A stretch of 64,000 nt of DNA from a candidate division FCPU426 bacterium (GCA_963840035.1 CAWIXE010000003.1:256001-320000); one strand, 5' to 3'. Positions 49,046 through 58,544 are shown, numbered from the stretch's first letter. The notes: a model not told the origin generated them from the letters alone. Made by a program: numbers and translations.

Positions 49046-49711
49046 TTATTCGAAGCTGACTTCCGCGACTGTGATGTCTACGGTGTCGCCGTCCGGGCTT
49101 GTGAACTGGAAATTGATGTTGTGCGCGTTCTTTAAGACGTCTTCGATGTTAACCGTGGTCTTGGCCCATTTTGGCTGGGCTAAGTCTTTTCTTAAGTCGA
49201 CTTTTACAGTGGAGAATTCTTTTGTGAGCTTGGAGTTAAGCGCTACCGCGTAGTCAGCCCACTCTGTCAGGGTCTTTACATTGCCGTTTTCGCACTTGTT
49301 GGCAGTATACGGAAGCTGTACCATTAACCTACCGCCTGTGATGGAACCCTTCATTTTCAGTACCAGGGTCGTGTACTTGCTTAAGTCCACAGGGTCAGCG
49401 TTTTCTTTTTTGTCATAGCATCCGCACTGCTCGCCCAATGTCACTCCCATGCCTACGAAGTCCCATCCGAGCTTGTTGCCGGTCTTGCCCTGCATCCTGG
49501 CGCCTGCTTTTGTGAGTTCGAACTTTGTCGGCGCGGGTGTAACTGTCGAGTTGCCGCCGGATGTCGAGTCGTCAAATATGTACCACCATCCGCCGCCTGA
49601 AGCCTGCGCGCCCTTGCCTGTGCCGTTTTCAACGGATAACTTGTCCGCTGCCATTAATGAACCTGCCGCGATCATTACCACTGCCATTACCATTGCCATT
49701 GTTTTTTTCAT
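49046..49711 (-). CDS. Secreted CBM11/CIA30-like beta-sandwich protein
   Basis: Signal peptide; GGWWYIFDD...GGNS, DLSKYTTLVLKMKG and LAQPKW; paralog of the anti-sigma ectodomain. Confidence 0.7.
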   Translation of the reverse strand: MKKTMAMVMAVVMIAAGSLMAADKLSVENGTGKGAQASGGGWWYIFDDSTSGGNSTVTPAPTKFELTKAGARMQGKTGNKLGWDFVGMGVTLGEQCGCYDKKENADPVDLSKYTTLVLKMKGSITGGRLMVQLPYTANKCENGNVKTLTEWADYAVALNSKLTKEFSTVKVDLRKDLAQPKWAKTTVNIEDVLKNAHNINFQFTSPDGDTVDITVAEVSFE

Positions 49712-49914
49712 GTCTACCGCCTCCTTTTCATTTTAAAATTTTTACGTTATCGATGTTCCCGGCCGGGAAACTGATACGTCCGTCTTTTCTGAACCCTTAC
49801 CCTTATTCTTATCCTTAGCATTTGGATCTGAATCCTGCTTTGCCCCTCACCTTGACCCTCTCTCCCCCGCAAGGGGGGACTATAAATAGCCAAGGGGAGA
49901 GGGAGAAGTCAGGT

Positions 49915-50694
49915 TTAGTAAAATTCCAGATCATCAATCCAGATATCCACTTTGTGGCCTTTTCCGTCTTTATAATGCCATTTTATTATATTGGCGTTTG
50001 AGAGGACCTTTTCTATGTCCACTATTTCGTTTTTCTTTGTGTATGACGGCTGTTTTAAATCCTTCCTGAAATCTATCTTTACATCTTTCCATGACGGGGT
50101 AATGTCTCTTGTTATGTCAGCTTCGTAATCTGCGTAGCTGGTTAAGGTCCTGCATATGCCGCGGGATTTATCCACCTCGCGCGCTTCATGCGGCAGGATG
50201 AAGAAGACTTCTCCCGCTTCGACTTTGCCTTTTATCTTGAACTTGATGCCTGTAAATTTAGTGAGGTCTATGCCTATGCACTCGGGGCAGGTGGAGTGCG
50301 GGCTTAGGAAGGTATTGACGCCTATGTAGTCCCAGCCAAGCTTTGTGCCGGCAGTGCCTGTAATCCTTATGGCATACCCTTTATCCCCGGCGCCTGGCGC
50401 TGATTTTACAAAGTTATTCTCATTTTTTGTAGAAGCCGGGGGCCATACTTTTGAAGTGCCGCCCTGCCAGGAGTCGTCATAAGTGCACCACACGCCGCCA
50501 AGCTCGTTGAACCTGGTATCATTATTGTTATAATCCACCCTCATGTATACGCCAACCGCGGCCACTGCCACGGCAAAGGCAAGCGCGGGCGCAAGCTTCC
50601 ACGCGTGCGAAGGGGATTTTATATTCCTGGCTGCTTCGGCTATGAGGGCGGTTTTGAGCCTTTTTTTATGTTCGGGCATTTTAAAGTCCTTCAT
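49915..50694 (-). CDS. Single-TM anti-sigma factor with CBM11/CIA30-like extracytoplasmic domain
   Basis: Short N-terminus (PEHKKRLKTAL), one TM, GGVWCTYDD...GGTS, DLTKFTGIKFKIKG and LKQPSY; ATG directly after the sigma stop. Confidence 0.75.
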   Translation of the reverse strand: MKDFKMPEHKKRLKTALIAEAARNIKSPSHAWKLAPALAFAVAVAAVGVYMRVDYNNNDTRFNELGGVWCTYDDSWQGGTSKVWPPASTKNENNFVKSAPGAGDKGYAIRITGTAGTKLGWDYIGVNTFLSPHSTCPECIGIDLTKFTGIKFKIKGKVEAGEVFFILPHEAREVDKSRGICRTLTSYADYEADITRDITPSWKDVKIDFRKDLKQPSYTKKNEIVDIEKVLSNANIIKWHYKDGKGHKVDIWIDDLEFY

Positions 50695-50695
50695 A

Positions 50696-51322
50696 TCACT
50701 TCGCCTCACTTTCAATTTTGCTTTCACTCCATGTAATGCGTGAGGCGTCATTTGGTTGCACGCCGGCTTTTAACATGGAAAGCCCCCGGGAAATAAGGGA
50801 TTTTACAGTGCCCTCTTTTTTACCAAGGGTCTTTGCTATCTCGGATATTTTCATTTCCTCAAAGAACCGCAACAACAGCGCTTCCTGATAAAGGCGAGGA
50901 AGCTTTAAAAGCGCATTTTTTACGCGCGCGTATTCCGAGTCGTTATCCAGGGTTTCCTGCGCCTGTTTGACTTCGGCGTCCAAATCCTGTTTTGAGGAGG
51001 TATTTAAATTAGGGTTATCCTCCAGCGCTGAGTCCAGTGAGGAAGGTTCATATTTAAGGTGGCGCCAGTACATCTGAATCTCGTTTCCCGCTATCCTGTA
51101 AAGCCAGGAGCCGAAAGGCACACCTGTCCATTTATACTGCCAGAGGTTTTTTAAAGCCTTAAAGAACGTCTCGGAAGTGATGTCGCTGCCCACCGCGGCA
51201 TTGCCGGTGCGGTATATGGTGTATTTGAGTATTTTAGGGTAGTATTCTTCGAAAAGCTCGCCAAAGGCTTTCGGGTCTTTTTTCGCGGCTGCTATAAGGT
51301 TTTTCTCTTTTTCAAGGTCCAC
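50696..51322 (-). CDS. ECF RNA polymerase sigma factor
   Basis: AFGELFEEY, DITSETF, SWLYRIA and EIAKTLGKKEGTVKSLISRG; GGAGG RBS before GTG 51322. Confidence 0.92.
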   Translation of the reverse strand: MDLEKEKNLIAAAKKDPKAFGELFEEYYPKILKYTIYRTGNAAVGSDITSETFFKALKNLWQYKWTGVPFGSWLYRIAGNEIQMYWRHLKYEPSSLDSALEDNPNLNTSSKQDLDAEVKQAQETLDNDSEYARVKNALLKLPRLYQEALLLRFFEEMKISEIAKTLGKKEGTVKSLISRGLSMLKAGVQPNDASRITWSESKIESEAK

Positions 51323-51383
51323 AAAGGCCTCCAAAGAAGTCTCAATAATCTCAATGGTTAATCGTCAATTGCATTCATTATTA

Positions 51384-51411
51384 TAATGCATAAGCTGGGG
51401 AAAAGGTTGCA
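51384..51411 (-). promoter_or_regulatory. Putative autoregulatory ECF promoter
   Basis: TGCAAC-N16-GCATTA on the minus strand; a second TGCAAC-N15-GCATTA lies at 50734-50760 inside the sigma gene 3' end. Confidence 0.5.
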
Positions 51412-51432
51412 GAAAATATGGTGGTCGGATTC

Positions 51433-51569
51433 GGTAGCCGCAGCCTTCAGGCTGCGTAAGGCCGGCCTTTCGCAGCATGTCGTGATGAACACGACATGAT
51501 GAGCGGAATTATTATGATTTAATGTTTGCTCGCTAAGCTCGCAATGGCATCTTGAAGGCTGCGGCTACC
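51433..51569. repeat. GGTAGCCGCAGCC REP doublet with about 75-bp insert in the right unit
   Basis: ggtagccgcagccttcaggctgcg ... cgcagc[insert]tgaaggctgcggctacc. Confidence 0.7.
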
Positions 51570-51645
51570 ATAACATGAAACAATTTAAATCCGTTGAAAA
51601 CAACCCTGGAAACGGGTATAATGCCTCAAATTACAGGAGGTCGAT

Positions 51646-52296
51646 ATGCAAAAAATATTAACAGCTGTCTTTGTGATAATGCTGCTTTCATCCTGCGCCA
51701 CAACGCCGGGGAACAGGTCTTCGCTTTTGCCACAGCAAACTGTCTTTTATTACGGCTGCGACCAGAAAGCCTCTTTTACCGCCAGGTTTGACAAACAAAA
51801 CGACCTCTTTTATATTACGGGTTTGGGGGGCATGAGGGTATTAAAGCACGCTATTTCAGCATCAGGCGCCAGGTACAGGGACTCTGTGATGACATACTGG
51901 TCCAAAGGCGATGACGCGACTTTGGAGTATAAGGGCAAGACATATAACTGCTCCATTAATCCGCAGTTCTCGCTTGTGGAAGACGCGAAGTTCAGAGGTG
52001 TTACTTTCAGGGCAGAGGGCGGGGAGCAGGCATGGACAGCGGAAGTGACCGGAAATAACATAGACATTTATCTTAACGGGTATTCGGAGAAGTATTCATT
52101 TATAAAAGCGGACAGCGAAGTAAATACCAAAACAGGCATCACGGTTTACAAAGCGGAAAAAGACGGCCATAACCTTGAACTTGTAATAAATAAGAAAAGG
52201 TGTGAAAAAGGGGCTGATGGCATACCTGTAGGTTTTAAAGTGGAAGCTGTCCTGGATGGGAAGAATTACTCAGGTTGCGGGGACAAGGTTAAGTAA
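51646..52296 (+). CDS. Lipoprotein with MliC (lysozyme inhibitor) and COG3650-like domains
   Basis: Lipobox LSSC; SASGARY and WSKG (MliC); FRAEGGEQAW...YSGCG. Confidence 0.8.
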   Translation: MQKILTAVFVIMLLSSCATTPGNRSSLLPQQTVFYYGCDQKASFTARFDKQNDLFYITGLGGMRVLKHAISASGARYRDSVMTYWSKGDDATLEYKGKTYNCSINPQFSLVEDAKFRGVTFRAEGGEQAWTAEVTGNNIDIYLNGYSEKYSFIKADSEVNTKTGITVYKAEKDGHNLELVINKKRCEKGADGIPVGFKVEAVLDGKNYSGCGDKVK

Positions 52297-52322
52297 TAAG
52301 TCAGGTAACGTTGTTGTGTTGT

Positions 52323-52474
52323 TGTCATTGCGAGGAACCGTATTTGGCCTATGGTGACGAAGCAATCTGGTTCGTCCTAAAGACAGCGAGATTGCCATTC
52401 GACGGGGCTCATGGTTCTGAGCTTGCCGAAGAACTTCGTCGGCAGAAAACTAAAAACGCCTCCTCGCAATGACA
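52323..52474. repeat. TGTCATTGCGAG palindromic element with a 39-bp nested insert
   Basis: Insert at 52396-52434 has the same position and length as in the 12816 copy. Confidence 0.85.
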
Positions 52475-52487
52475 TCCAAAATCTGAC

Positions 52488-52994
52488 CTAAAACTCCGGC
52501 CTGTCGCCCGGAGGCATGGGCCTGCCGCCTTTTCCATACGGTTTAAAATCCTTCATTTTACTTTCCATTTTATCTTTCATCATTTTCTGCTGTTGTTTTG
52601 TAAGTATGGACTTCATCTTCAGCATGTTCCTCGTCTGGTGCGTAAGCATCTGCTTATGGCCCTGCGCGATCTTTTCAATAATGGCGTCGAGCTTCTCTTC
52701 CGAGGGTTTATCTTTATCCATCTCATCGCGCATGGCATCCATGTTCTTTATGGTTTCCTTCCGGAACTTTTCTTCCACGGGCTTTGATTCCTTTTCCAGG
52801 GCTTTGAGCTTTTCAAACTGCTCGCCCGAGAGGTTTAACTCGACAGCCAAGTTCAGTATTGACGGCGGGCCTGACGGGCCGCCCATCATGGGGCTCATTC
52901 CCTGGCCCGGCGGCGGGGCTTGCGGCGGTCCGGCAATGACAAAGGGTGCAATCAGGAACAAAGGCAAAAGCGCGATGACAAGTTTCTTTTTCAT
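52488..52994 (-). CDS. Spy/CpxP-like periplasmic protein
   Basis: Signal peptide; LNLSGEQ and ILTKQQQ (LTxxQ) motifs. Confidence 0.82.
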   Translation of the reverse strand: MKKKLVIALLPLFLIAPFVIAGPPQAPPPGQGMSPMMGGPSGPPSILNLAVELNLSGEQFEKLKALEKESKPVEEKFRKETIKNMDAMRDEMDKDKPSEEKLDAIIEKIAQGHKQMLTHQTRNMLKMKSILTKQQQKMMKDKMESKMKDFKPYGKGGRPMPPGDRPEF

Positions 52995-53419
52995 TTTACG
53001 CCTCCCAGGGAGAGTATGTTTGTCTTATCGACATAGTTTTCCTTATAATAATCATAATCGTAAAGGGTGTTGTAAGTATTATATACAAAGGAAGAAACCT
53101 GCTCTTTATTGGCGGAGGAATTTTTGACGTTGATTATTATTACCGCTGAAAAGACGATTACAAGCGCAAAGGCGCCGGCAAAGACCGGCTTAAAGGAAAA
53201 CTTCGCGGCGGGTTTTGCGGCGGCCGCGGATTTAAGCCGCGGGTTAAACAACGGCGGTTCAGCCAGCGTGGATTTAAACGCGTGACTTATGGCTGAAATC
53301 CTTTTATAAGCCTCACCGCAGGCAGGGCAGGACTGAAGGTGTTTTTCTATTTCGGCTTTTTTAGCAGGGGGCTCCTCGTTTTTAAGGTAAAAATAGAGTT
53401 CGTCATCATGATAATGCAT
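52991..53419 (-). CDS. Zinc-binding (ZAS, zf-HC2) anti-sigma factor
   Basis: HLQSCPAC (HxxxCxxC) plus one TM. Confidence 0.85.
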   Translation of the reverse strand: MHYHDDELYFYLKNEEPPAKKAEIEKHLQSCPACGEAYKRISAISHAFKSTLAEPPLFNPRLKSAAAAKPAAKFSFKPVFAGAFALVIVFSAVIIINVKNSSANKEQVSSFVYNTYNTLYDYDYYKENYVDKTNILSLGGVK

Positions 53420-53900
53420 TTGTTTTTGCCTCCTTTTTAAGCGTTTCCGACATTTTCTTTATGCCCCGGCTTATCCTTGATTTTATGGTGCCGGTGTTGG
53501 TCCGGAGTATTTCCGATATTTCTTTCTGGGAAAATCCGCCTATCTCGTAGAGTATTATCGCGGTTTTCGCGTCCGGGTCAAGCGTGGATAAGAGCGATTC
53601 CAAAAGCATGGCGTCATCGCCTTTCCAGGCCTCAGGGCGAAGGTCATTTACGCTCTTTTCAGTCCTGGACTGCTGGGACTGTTGCTTCCGTATGTAATCA
53701 ATCGACTGGTTTATGGCCATCCTGTATATGTATGTTTTAATTGAAGAATCCCCTTTAAAAGAACCGATGGTATTTTGCAGTTTTATAAATACCTCATGGG
53801 TGACGTCTTCGGCGTCATTTTTGTTGCCCAGCATCCTGTAGGCTATGTTATACACGTACTTTCCGTGTTCCGCGTATATCTGTTCTATGGGGCCGCTCAT
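53406..53900 (-). CDS. ECF RNA polymerase sigma factor
   Basis: DAEDVTHEVF, TYIYRMAIN and EISEIL...GTIKSRISRG motifs. Confidence 0.92.
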   Translation of the reverse strand: MSGPIEQIYAEHGKYVYNIAYRMLGNKNDAEDVTHEVFIKLQNTIGSFKGDSSIKTYIYRMAINQSIDYIRKQQSQQSRTEKSVNDLRPEAWKGDDAMLLESLLSTLDPDAKTAIILYEIGGFSQKEISEILRTNTGTIKSRISRGIKKMSETLKKEAKTNALS

Positions 53901-53921
53901 GTCATCTCCTTCTCCTGCAGA

Positions 53922-53950
53922 TTAGACGGTTACAAATGGCTTGAGGTTGC
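53922..53950 (-). promoter_or_regulatory. ECF promoter of the sigma/anti-sigma/Spy operon
   Basis: GCAAC-N17-CGTCTAAT on the minus strand just upstream of the sigma ATG. Confidence 0.65.
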
Positions 53951-53951
53951 A

Positions 53952-54110
53952 TTGTAGGGGACGCGCTCCCGCGCGTCCCGAATGGCATTTTTTATTATCT
54001 TATAACCCGCAGGCAACCCGCCCCCGGTTGTTTCCGTCTAATGTTTATGATTGTAACACAATACTGCAGGCAATGCCGGTTCGGGACGCGCGGGAGCGCG
54101 TCCCCTACAA
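53952..54110. repeat. GTAG REP doublet with perfect 31-bp inverted repeats
   Basis: ttgtaggggacgcgctcccgcgcgtcccgaa (53952-53982) and its exact reverse complement (54080-54110). Confidence 0.9.
54013..54042 (+). promoter_or_regulatory. ECF promoter facing flgD
   Basis: GCAAC-N17-CGTCTAAT, with boxes and spacing identical to the minus-strand promoter. Confidence 0.6.
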
Positions 54111-54142
54111 GTGGCAAATAATAAAAGAAAGGAGGTGAACAA

Positions 54143-54694
54143 ATGAGCATATCAGGAGTGACATCAGCTTCAAGTTACCTGACCTCGCTTTATTCAACAT
54201 CGTCATCCACATCCGCTTCAAGCACGTCTTCGGATACAAGCACGGCATCCTCAGTCAGCACCGACACGACATCCGATTACGTGGCAAACCCGGACGGGGA
54301 ACTGAGCAAGGACGATTTTTTGCAGATGTTAATCACGAAACTCAAGTACCAGGACCCGTTAAGCGTGGATGACACTGACATGACAGCGTCCATGGCGCAG
54401 TACTCGCAGCTCGAGACGTCCCAGAACTCCAATACTTTAATGGAGGAGATGAGCGCGAAAATTGACGACATGAACACGAACTTTGTTTCGCAGATGGCGC
54501 TGTCAAACACGGGGCAGGCGGTTTCGCTCGCGGGCAAGTCGGTCAATGTCCAGGTTACGGACACGGACGGAAACGTGACGGAAAACGTCACGGGAACGGT
54601 TTCAACCGTAAAGTTTGTGGACGGGGTACCCATGCTGGTCATAGACGGCACGGAGTACAGCATGTCAGACGTGGTGGAAGTTTACGCGTCATGA
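54143..54694 (+). CDS. flgD: Flagellar hook-capping protein FlgD-like (orphan)
   Basis: LSKDDFLQMLITKLKYQDPL...MAQYSQLE and AVSLAGKSV...TGTVSTVKFVDG motifs; strong AGGAGGT RBS. Confidence 0.8.
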   Translation: MSISGVTSASSYLTSLYSTSSSTSASSTSSDTSTASSVSTDTTSDYVANPDGELSKDDFLQMLITKLKYQDPLSVDDTDMTASMAQYSQLETSQNSNTLMEEMSAKIDDMNTNFVSQMALSNTGQAVSLAGKSVNVQVTDTDGNVTENVTGTVSTVKFVDGVPMLVIDGTEYSMSDVVEVYAS

Positions 54695-54762
54695 GATTTT
54701 AGGGAAGATATCCGGACCTGTACGGGGGATGTCTCCTTTCTCCAAAGCAGCATCCTGACGCG

Positions 54763-54794
54763 GCGGGCGGGCATAAAAGCCCCGCCCGCTTTTT
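54763..54794 (+). terminator. Intrinsic terminator
   Basis: gcgggcgggg/ccccgcccgc-type stem followed by a T run. Confidence 0.75.
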
Positions 54795-54807
54795 GGTTTT
54801 ATATGCA

Positions 54808-54869
54808 GGTAGCCGCAACCTTTAGGTTGCGTAAGGCCGGAATTGCGCGGCATGAAGGCTGAGACTGCC
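54808..54869. repeat. GGTAGCCGCAACC REP doublet (right unit degenerate)
   Basis: ggtagccgcaacctttaggttgcg ... cgcggcatgaaggctgagactgcc. Confidence 0.65.
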
Positions 54870-54955
54870 ACGACTAACAGCCGCCAAAAACGGCGATAAG
54901 ATTGGATTCTTTGTGTTATAATTATTACAAATATATCAGCGGGGTGCGGAACGTA

Positions 54956-55510
54956 ATGAAAATAGCTTCAAATCCATATTTTAAACAGGTCCTTACCGGG
55001 ATCCTGGCCGGGGTTATCATGGCTGCCGCCGGATTTATCTGGGTAGGGTTCGCGGCGCGGTTTATTTTTTCCACAATGTCTCCCGCCGTAGTTGCGGTAC
55101 TGTCATTTGGAAATATGGCTGTATATGTTATTGAAACGGTAATTATCCTTATCCTGGTTTGCTGGCTGCCGTTTTATTTTAAGGCGAACCGTCTGATAAA
55201 AGCAGTTGTTTTTTATCTTATATTCCCCTTGCTATGGATCATGGCGATTTGCGCGGTTTTGTATGGCAAAGTGCTGCCGCAGGATATTTTATCCGCAATA
55301 AATAACAGGTCAACAATGGAAATCCCCATTTACGGCGGGGCAACGGCTATACCCGTGATTGCCGTATTATATTATTATTTTAAGCACTTCAGAGAAAAGC
55401 TTACAGAAGCAGTGACGCTGTCCTGTATTTTTACTGCAATGAACCTGTCTTTTTATACGTTCTTAAACGCGCTTATTTTGGCGTGCGTGTATTTCGGGGA
55501 GTGTGCGTGA
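54956..55510 (+). CDS. Membrane protein
   Basis: About 5 hydrophobic segments; TGATG overlap with the next gene. Confidence 0.65.
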   Translation: MKIASNPYFKQVLTGILAGVIMAAAGFIWVGFAARFIFSTMSPAVVAVLSFGNMAVYVIETVIILILVCWLPFYFKANRLIKAVVFYLIFPLLWIMAICAVLYGKVLPQDILSAINNRSTMEIPIYGGATAIPVIAVLYYYFKHFREKLTEAVTLSCIFTAMNLSFYTFLNALILACVYFGECA

Positions 55511-55968
55511 TGGCCGGGAAATTACTAATGATAGCGCCGTGCGGCATGAACTGCGGCACTTGTATGGCTTTCTTACGGGTTAAGAACCACTGCCCCGGAT
55601 GCAGGGGCCCAAAAGGGCAAAAACCCGGCGGATGCGCGAAGTGCATAGTTTATAACTGTAAAAAACTGAAAGATAAAAAAAGCGGTTTTTGTTTCAGCTG
55701 CCCGGATTTCCCGTGCCGCAGGGTAAAAGCCCTGGATAAAAGATACTCCACAAAATACAACACCAGTTTTATCGCGAACCTTAAGTTTATCGAGGAAAAA
55801 GGGCTGGTTAAGTTCCTGAAAGCCGAAACAAATAAATGGAAATGCAAAAAGTGCGGGGGAGCGATATGCTGCCATACGGGCGAATGTTCCGTCTGCGGCC
55901 CTCACACAAATCATGTGGTATATTATAAAGACAGGAAACAGGCTAAAGCCAAAAATATAAAGCCCTGA
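55510..55968 (+). CDS. DUF3795 Cys-rich protein
   Basis: APCGMNCGTC...CPGC...FCFSCPDFPC. Confidence 0.8.
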   Translation: MAGKLLMIAPCGMNCGTCMAFLRVKNHCPGCRGPKGQKPGGCAKCIVYNCKKLKDKKSGFCFSCPDFPCRRVKALDKRYSTKYNTSFIANLKFIEEKGLVKFLKAETNKWKCKKCGGAICCHTGECSVCGPHTNHVVYYKDRKQAKAKNIKP

Positions 55969-56055
55969 ATTTGATTTTTAATGATTTCGTGTATATAATT
56001 ATGCTGTAAACATTAACCGCGCTAAAATCCCGACTAAAAATGTTTAACAACATTC

Positions 56056-57030
56056 ATGAGGGATGCCATGTTCAAATTTTTGAAGGATTTCGGGGGCTAT
56101 ATAGACAGGTATTTTAGCCCTGATTATAACCTTGAGTCTGATTCGATTAACGTAAAAAAGGGCATAGACTGGTTTTCCACACTTCCTTTTATCATTCTTC
56201 ATCTCGGTTGTTTCGGGGTCATATGGGTGGGTTGGAGCCCTTTTGCCGTATGGTTCGCGGTTATTTTCTATCTTATCCGCATGTTTGGCATTACTGCATG
56301 CTATCACCGCTATTTCTCCCACCACGCCTTTAAGGCAAACCGTTTTTTTTCGTTTCTGATGGCGGCCCTGGGGGCATCCGCGGTGCAAAAAGGGCCGCTC
56401 TGGTGGGCGGCGATACACAGGCACCACCACATGTACGCTGACACTGAAAAGGATGTGCACTCCCCCAAGATGCGGGGGTTCTGGTGGAGCCATATAGGCT
56501 GGGTCATGGCAACTGAAAACAGGAGGACGCGCATAGAATACCTGAAAGACTGGCTGAAATTCCCGGAGCTGGTATTCCTGGATAAATTTTCCGGGGCGAT
56601 ACCGTTTATAGTTGGGTACCTGGTTTACTTGACCGGAGTTTTGCTGTCACGTTACGCGCCGGGACTGCACACCAGCGGAGGCCAGCTGCTGGTATGGGGA
56701 TTTTTCATATCAACTGTATTTTGCAGCCACATGACATTTTCCATAAATTCCTTCGACCACATGTACGGTAGCCGCAGATACGAGATGACAAACACGAGCC
56801 GCAATAACTGGTTTTTTGCCATATTGACACTGGGGGAAGGGTGGCATAACAACCACCACCATTACGCGACCACGGCAAAGGCCGGATTTTTCTGGTGGGA
56901 GATAGACATCACGTATTATATACTCGTGTTCCTGTCATGGTTTAAAATAGTAACGGACCTCCGGCCGCTGCCGGATGATGTACGCGACTCAGACCTGGTA
57001 AAACCAAAACAGGCAGCCACGCCGCAGTAA
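56056..57030 (+). CDS. Acyl-CoA (delta-9-type) fatty acid desaturase
   Basis: His boxes HRYFSH, HRHHH and GEGWHNNHH. Confidence 0.92.
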   Translation: MRDAMFKFLKDFGGYIDRYFSPDYNLESDSINVKKGIDWFSTLPFIILHLGCFGVIWVGWSPFAVWFAVIFYLIRMFGITACYHRYFSHHAFKANRFFSFLMAALGASAVQKGPLWWAAIHRHHHMYADTEKDVHSPKMRGFWWSHIGWVMATENRRTRIEYLKDWLKFPELVFLDKFSGAIPFIVGYLVYLTGVLLSRYAPGLHTSGGQLLVWGFFISTVFCSHMTFSINSFDHMYGSRRYEMTNTSRNNWFFAILTLGEGWHNNHHHYATTAKAGFFWWEIDITYYILVFLSWFKIVTDLRPLPDDVRDSDLVKPKQAATPQ

Positions 57031-57094
57031 TACTTTCCATTGGCCCGTCATTATGGTAATCTGATTAAGAAAAATAATCTTAACCGGAGGCGCC

Positions 57095-57781
57095 ATGGAT
57101 AAGAAGGAATTCAAGGGTTTTTCACCAAAGACAACCGCGTTTTTCAAAGGCATACGGGATAACAACAACAAACCGTGGTTTGAGGCGCATAAGCAGGACT
57201 ATATAAATTACGCCCTTAATCCCGCGCGCGACCTGGCTTTTGACCTCTCTGACGCAATGCACGCCATAGACCCTCAAATGTTAACCAATCCGGCAAAGAT
57301 AGTCTCAAGGATATACAGGGATGTCCGTTTTTCAAAAGATAAATCACCGTACAAGTCACGCCTGTTCTTTTCATATAAAAGGCCCGGCGACGACTGGATG
57401 GACGCGCCGGGGTTTTATTTTGAAGTGGGCCACGACGGTTACAGTTTCGGCATGGGCATATACCAGGCGTCGGCGCAGAGCATGAAAAAATTCAGGCAGA
57501 TGCTGGAAGACAACCCGGCTGAGTTCCTAAAAGCCACGGCTTTCTACAGGAAAAAAGGGTGCGCATTCTCGCTCGGCGGGGATAAATACAAAAGGCCGAA
57601 GGGCCAGGCAAAAGACAAAAGGCTTGCTGAGTGGTATGCCATGAAAAACTTCTACTTTTTCTGTGAAAGAAAAGCTGATAAGGCCCTGTATAGCCCGAAG
57701 CTGGAGGATATGGTAAGGGAAGGTTACAAAAAGCTCGCGCCGCTGTATAAATATTTATGGAGACTTAAAGGGCAGTCATAA
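57095..57781 (+). CDS. DUF2461 family protein
   Basis: NNNKPWFEAHK and RIYRDVRFSKDKSPYK motifs. Confidence 0.88.
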   Translation: MDKKEFKGFSPKTTAFFKGIRDNNNKPWFEAHKQDYINYALNPARDLAFDLSDAMHAIDPQMLTNPAKIVSRIYRDVRFSKDKSPYKSRLFFSYKRPGDDWMDAPGFYFEVGHDGYSFGMGIYQASAQSMKKFRQMLEDNPAEFLKATAFYRKKGCAFSLGGDKYKRPKGQAKDKRLAEWYAMKNFYFFCERKADKALYSPKLEDMVREGYKKLAPLYKYLWRLKGQS

Positions 57782-57877
57782 GTGATCCGGTTTCCGGTTG
57801 AAAAAACTATCCGCAAACCTTATAATTAAATATAATGATATTAGGGATAAATCACCGCTAATCCAAAAGGAGTTACC

Positions 57878-58420
57878 ATGGAAAATGACAGCAAATCCAC
57901 AGAAACAATTCCAATCCCGCCGCAACCCGCGGCGCCTGGACTCGTCCAGCCAAATGGAGATAAGCCCATAGGCGGGTGGCTTATACTGCTTGCAATCGGG
58001 TTTATATTAAGCCCGCTATTGATAGGATACAACGTTTACGCGAACATACTGCCGGCTTTCAAGCCGGAGACCATACAGCTTATGACGGCGCCCGGTACCG
58101 AGTATTACAACCCAATGCTCTTTAATGTGATAATTTTTGAGCTGGTTTTTGACGTGATTTTATTCGCGGCATTCATATTTCTTCTGGTCCTGTTCTTTAA
58201 AAAGTCAAAGCATTTCCCCCTGGCTTTTATAATTATTTACATTTTTAATTTTGCGGGTATAACACTTGATACTTTTTGGGCGCATTACGCGCAAAATCTT
58301 GTGCCGGTTTATAAGGCGGATATGGATTTAAAGGATGTTGTTCAACAGGCGGTTTACTGCTGCATATGGGTGCCTTATATAATCGTGTCCAAGAGGGTGA
58401 AGGAAACGTTTGTGAAGTGA
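57878..58420 (+). CDS. DUF2569 membrane protein
   Basis: IGGWLILLAIG...FP..FI...WVPY..SKRVKETFV. Confidence 0.85.
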   Translation: MENDSKSTETIPIPPQPAAPGLVQPNGDKPIGGWLILLAIGFILSPLLIGYNVYANILPAFKPETIQLMTAPGTEYYNPMLFNVIIFELVFDVILFAAFIFLLVLFFKKSKHFPLAFIIIYIFNFAGITLDTFWAHYAQNLVPVYKADMDLKDVVQQAVYCCIWVPYIIVSKRVKETFVK

Positions 58421-58544
58421 GTGGTGGGTAGTATGTGGTTAGTAGCGGGAGGCTCAAGGTTCAATAGCTCAAGGGTGGTCTGGATTTTGTCCGGTTGCAT
58501 GGCACATAGCAGGGCCAGCCTCGAAAGGATATAAGGAGAATAGC

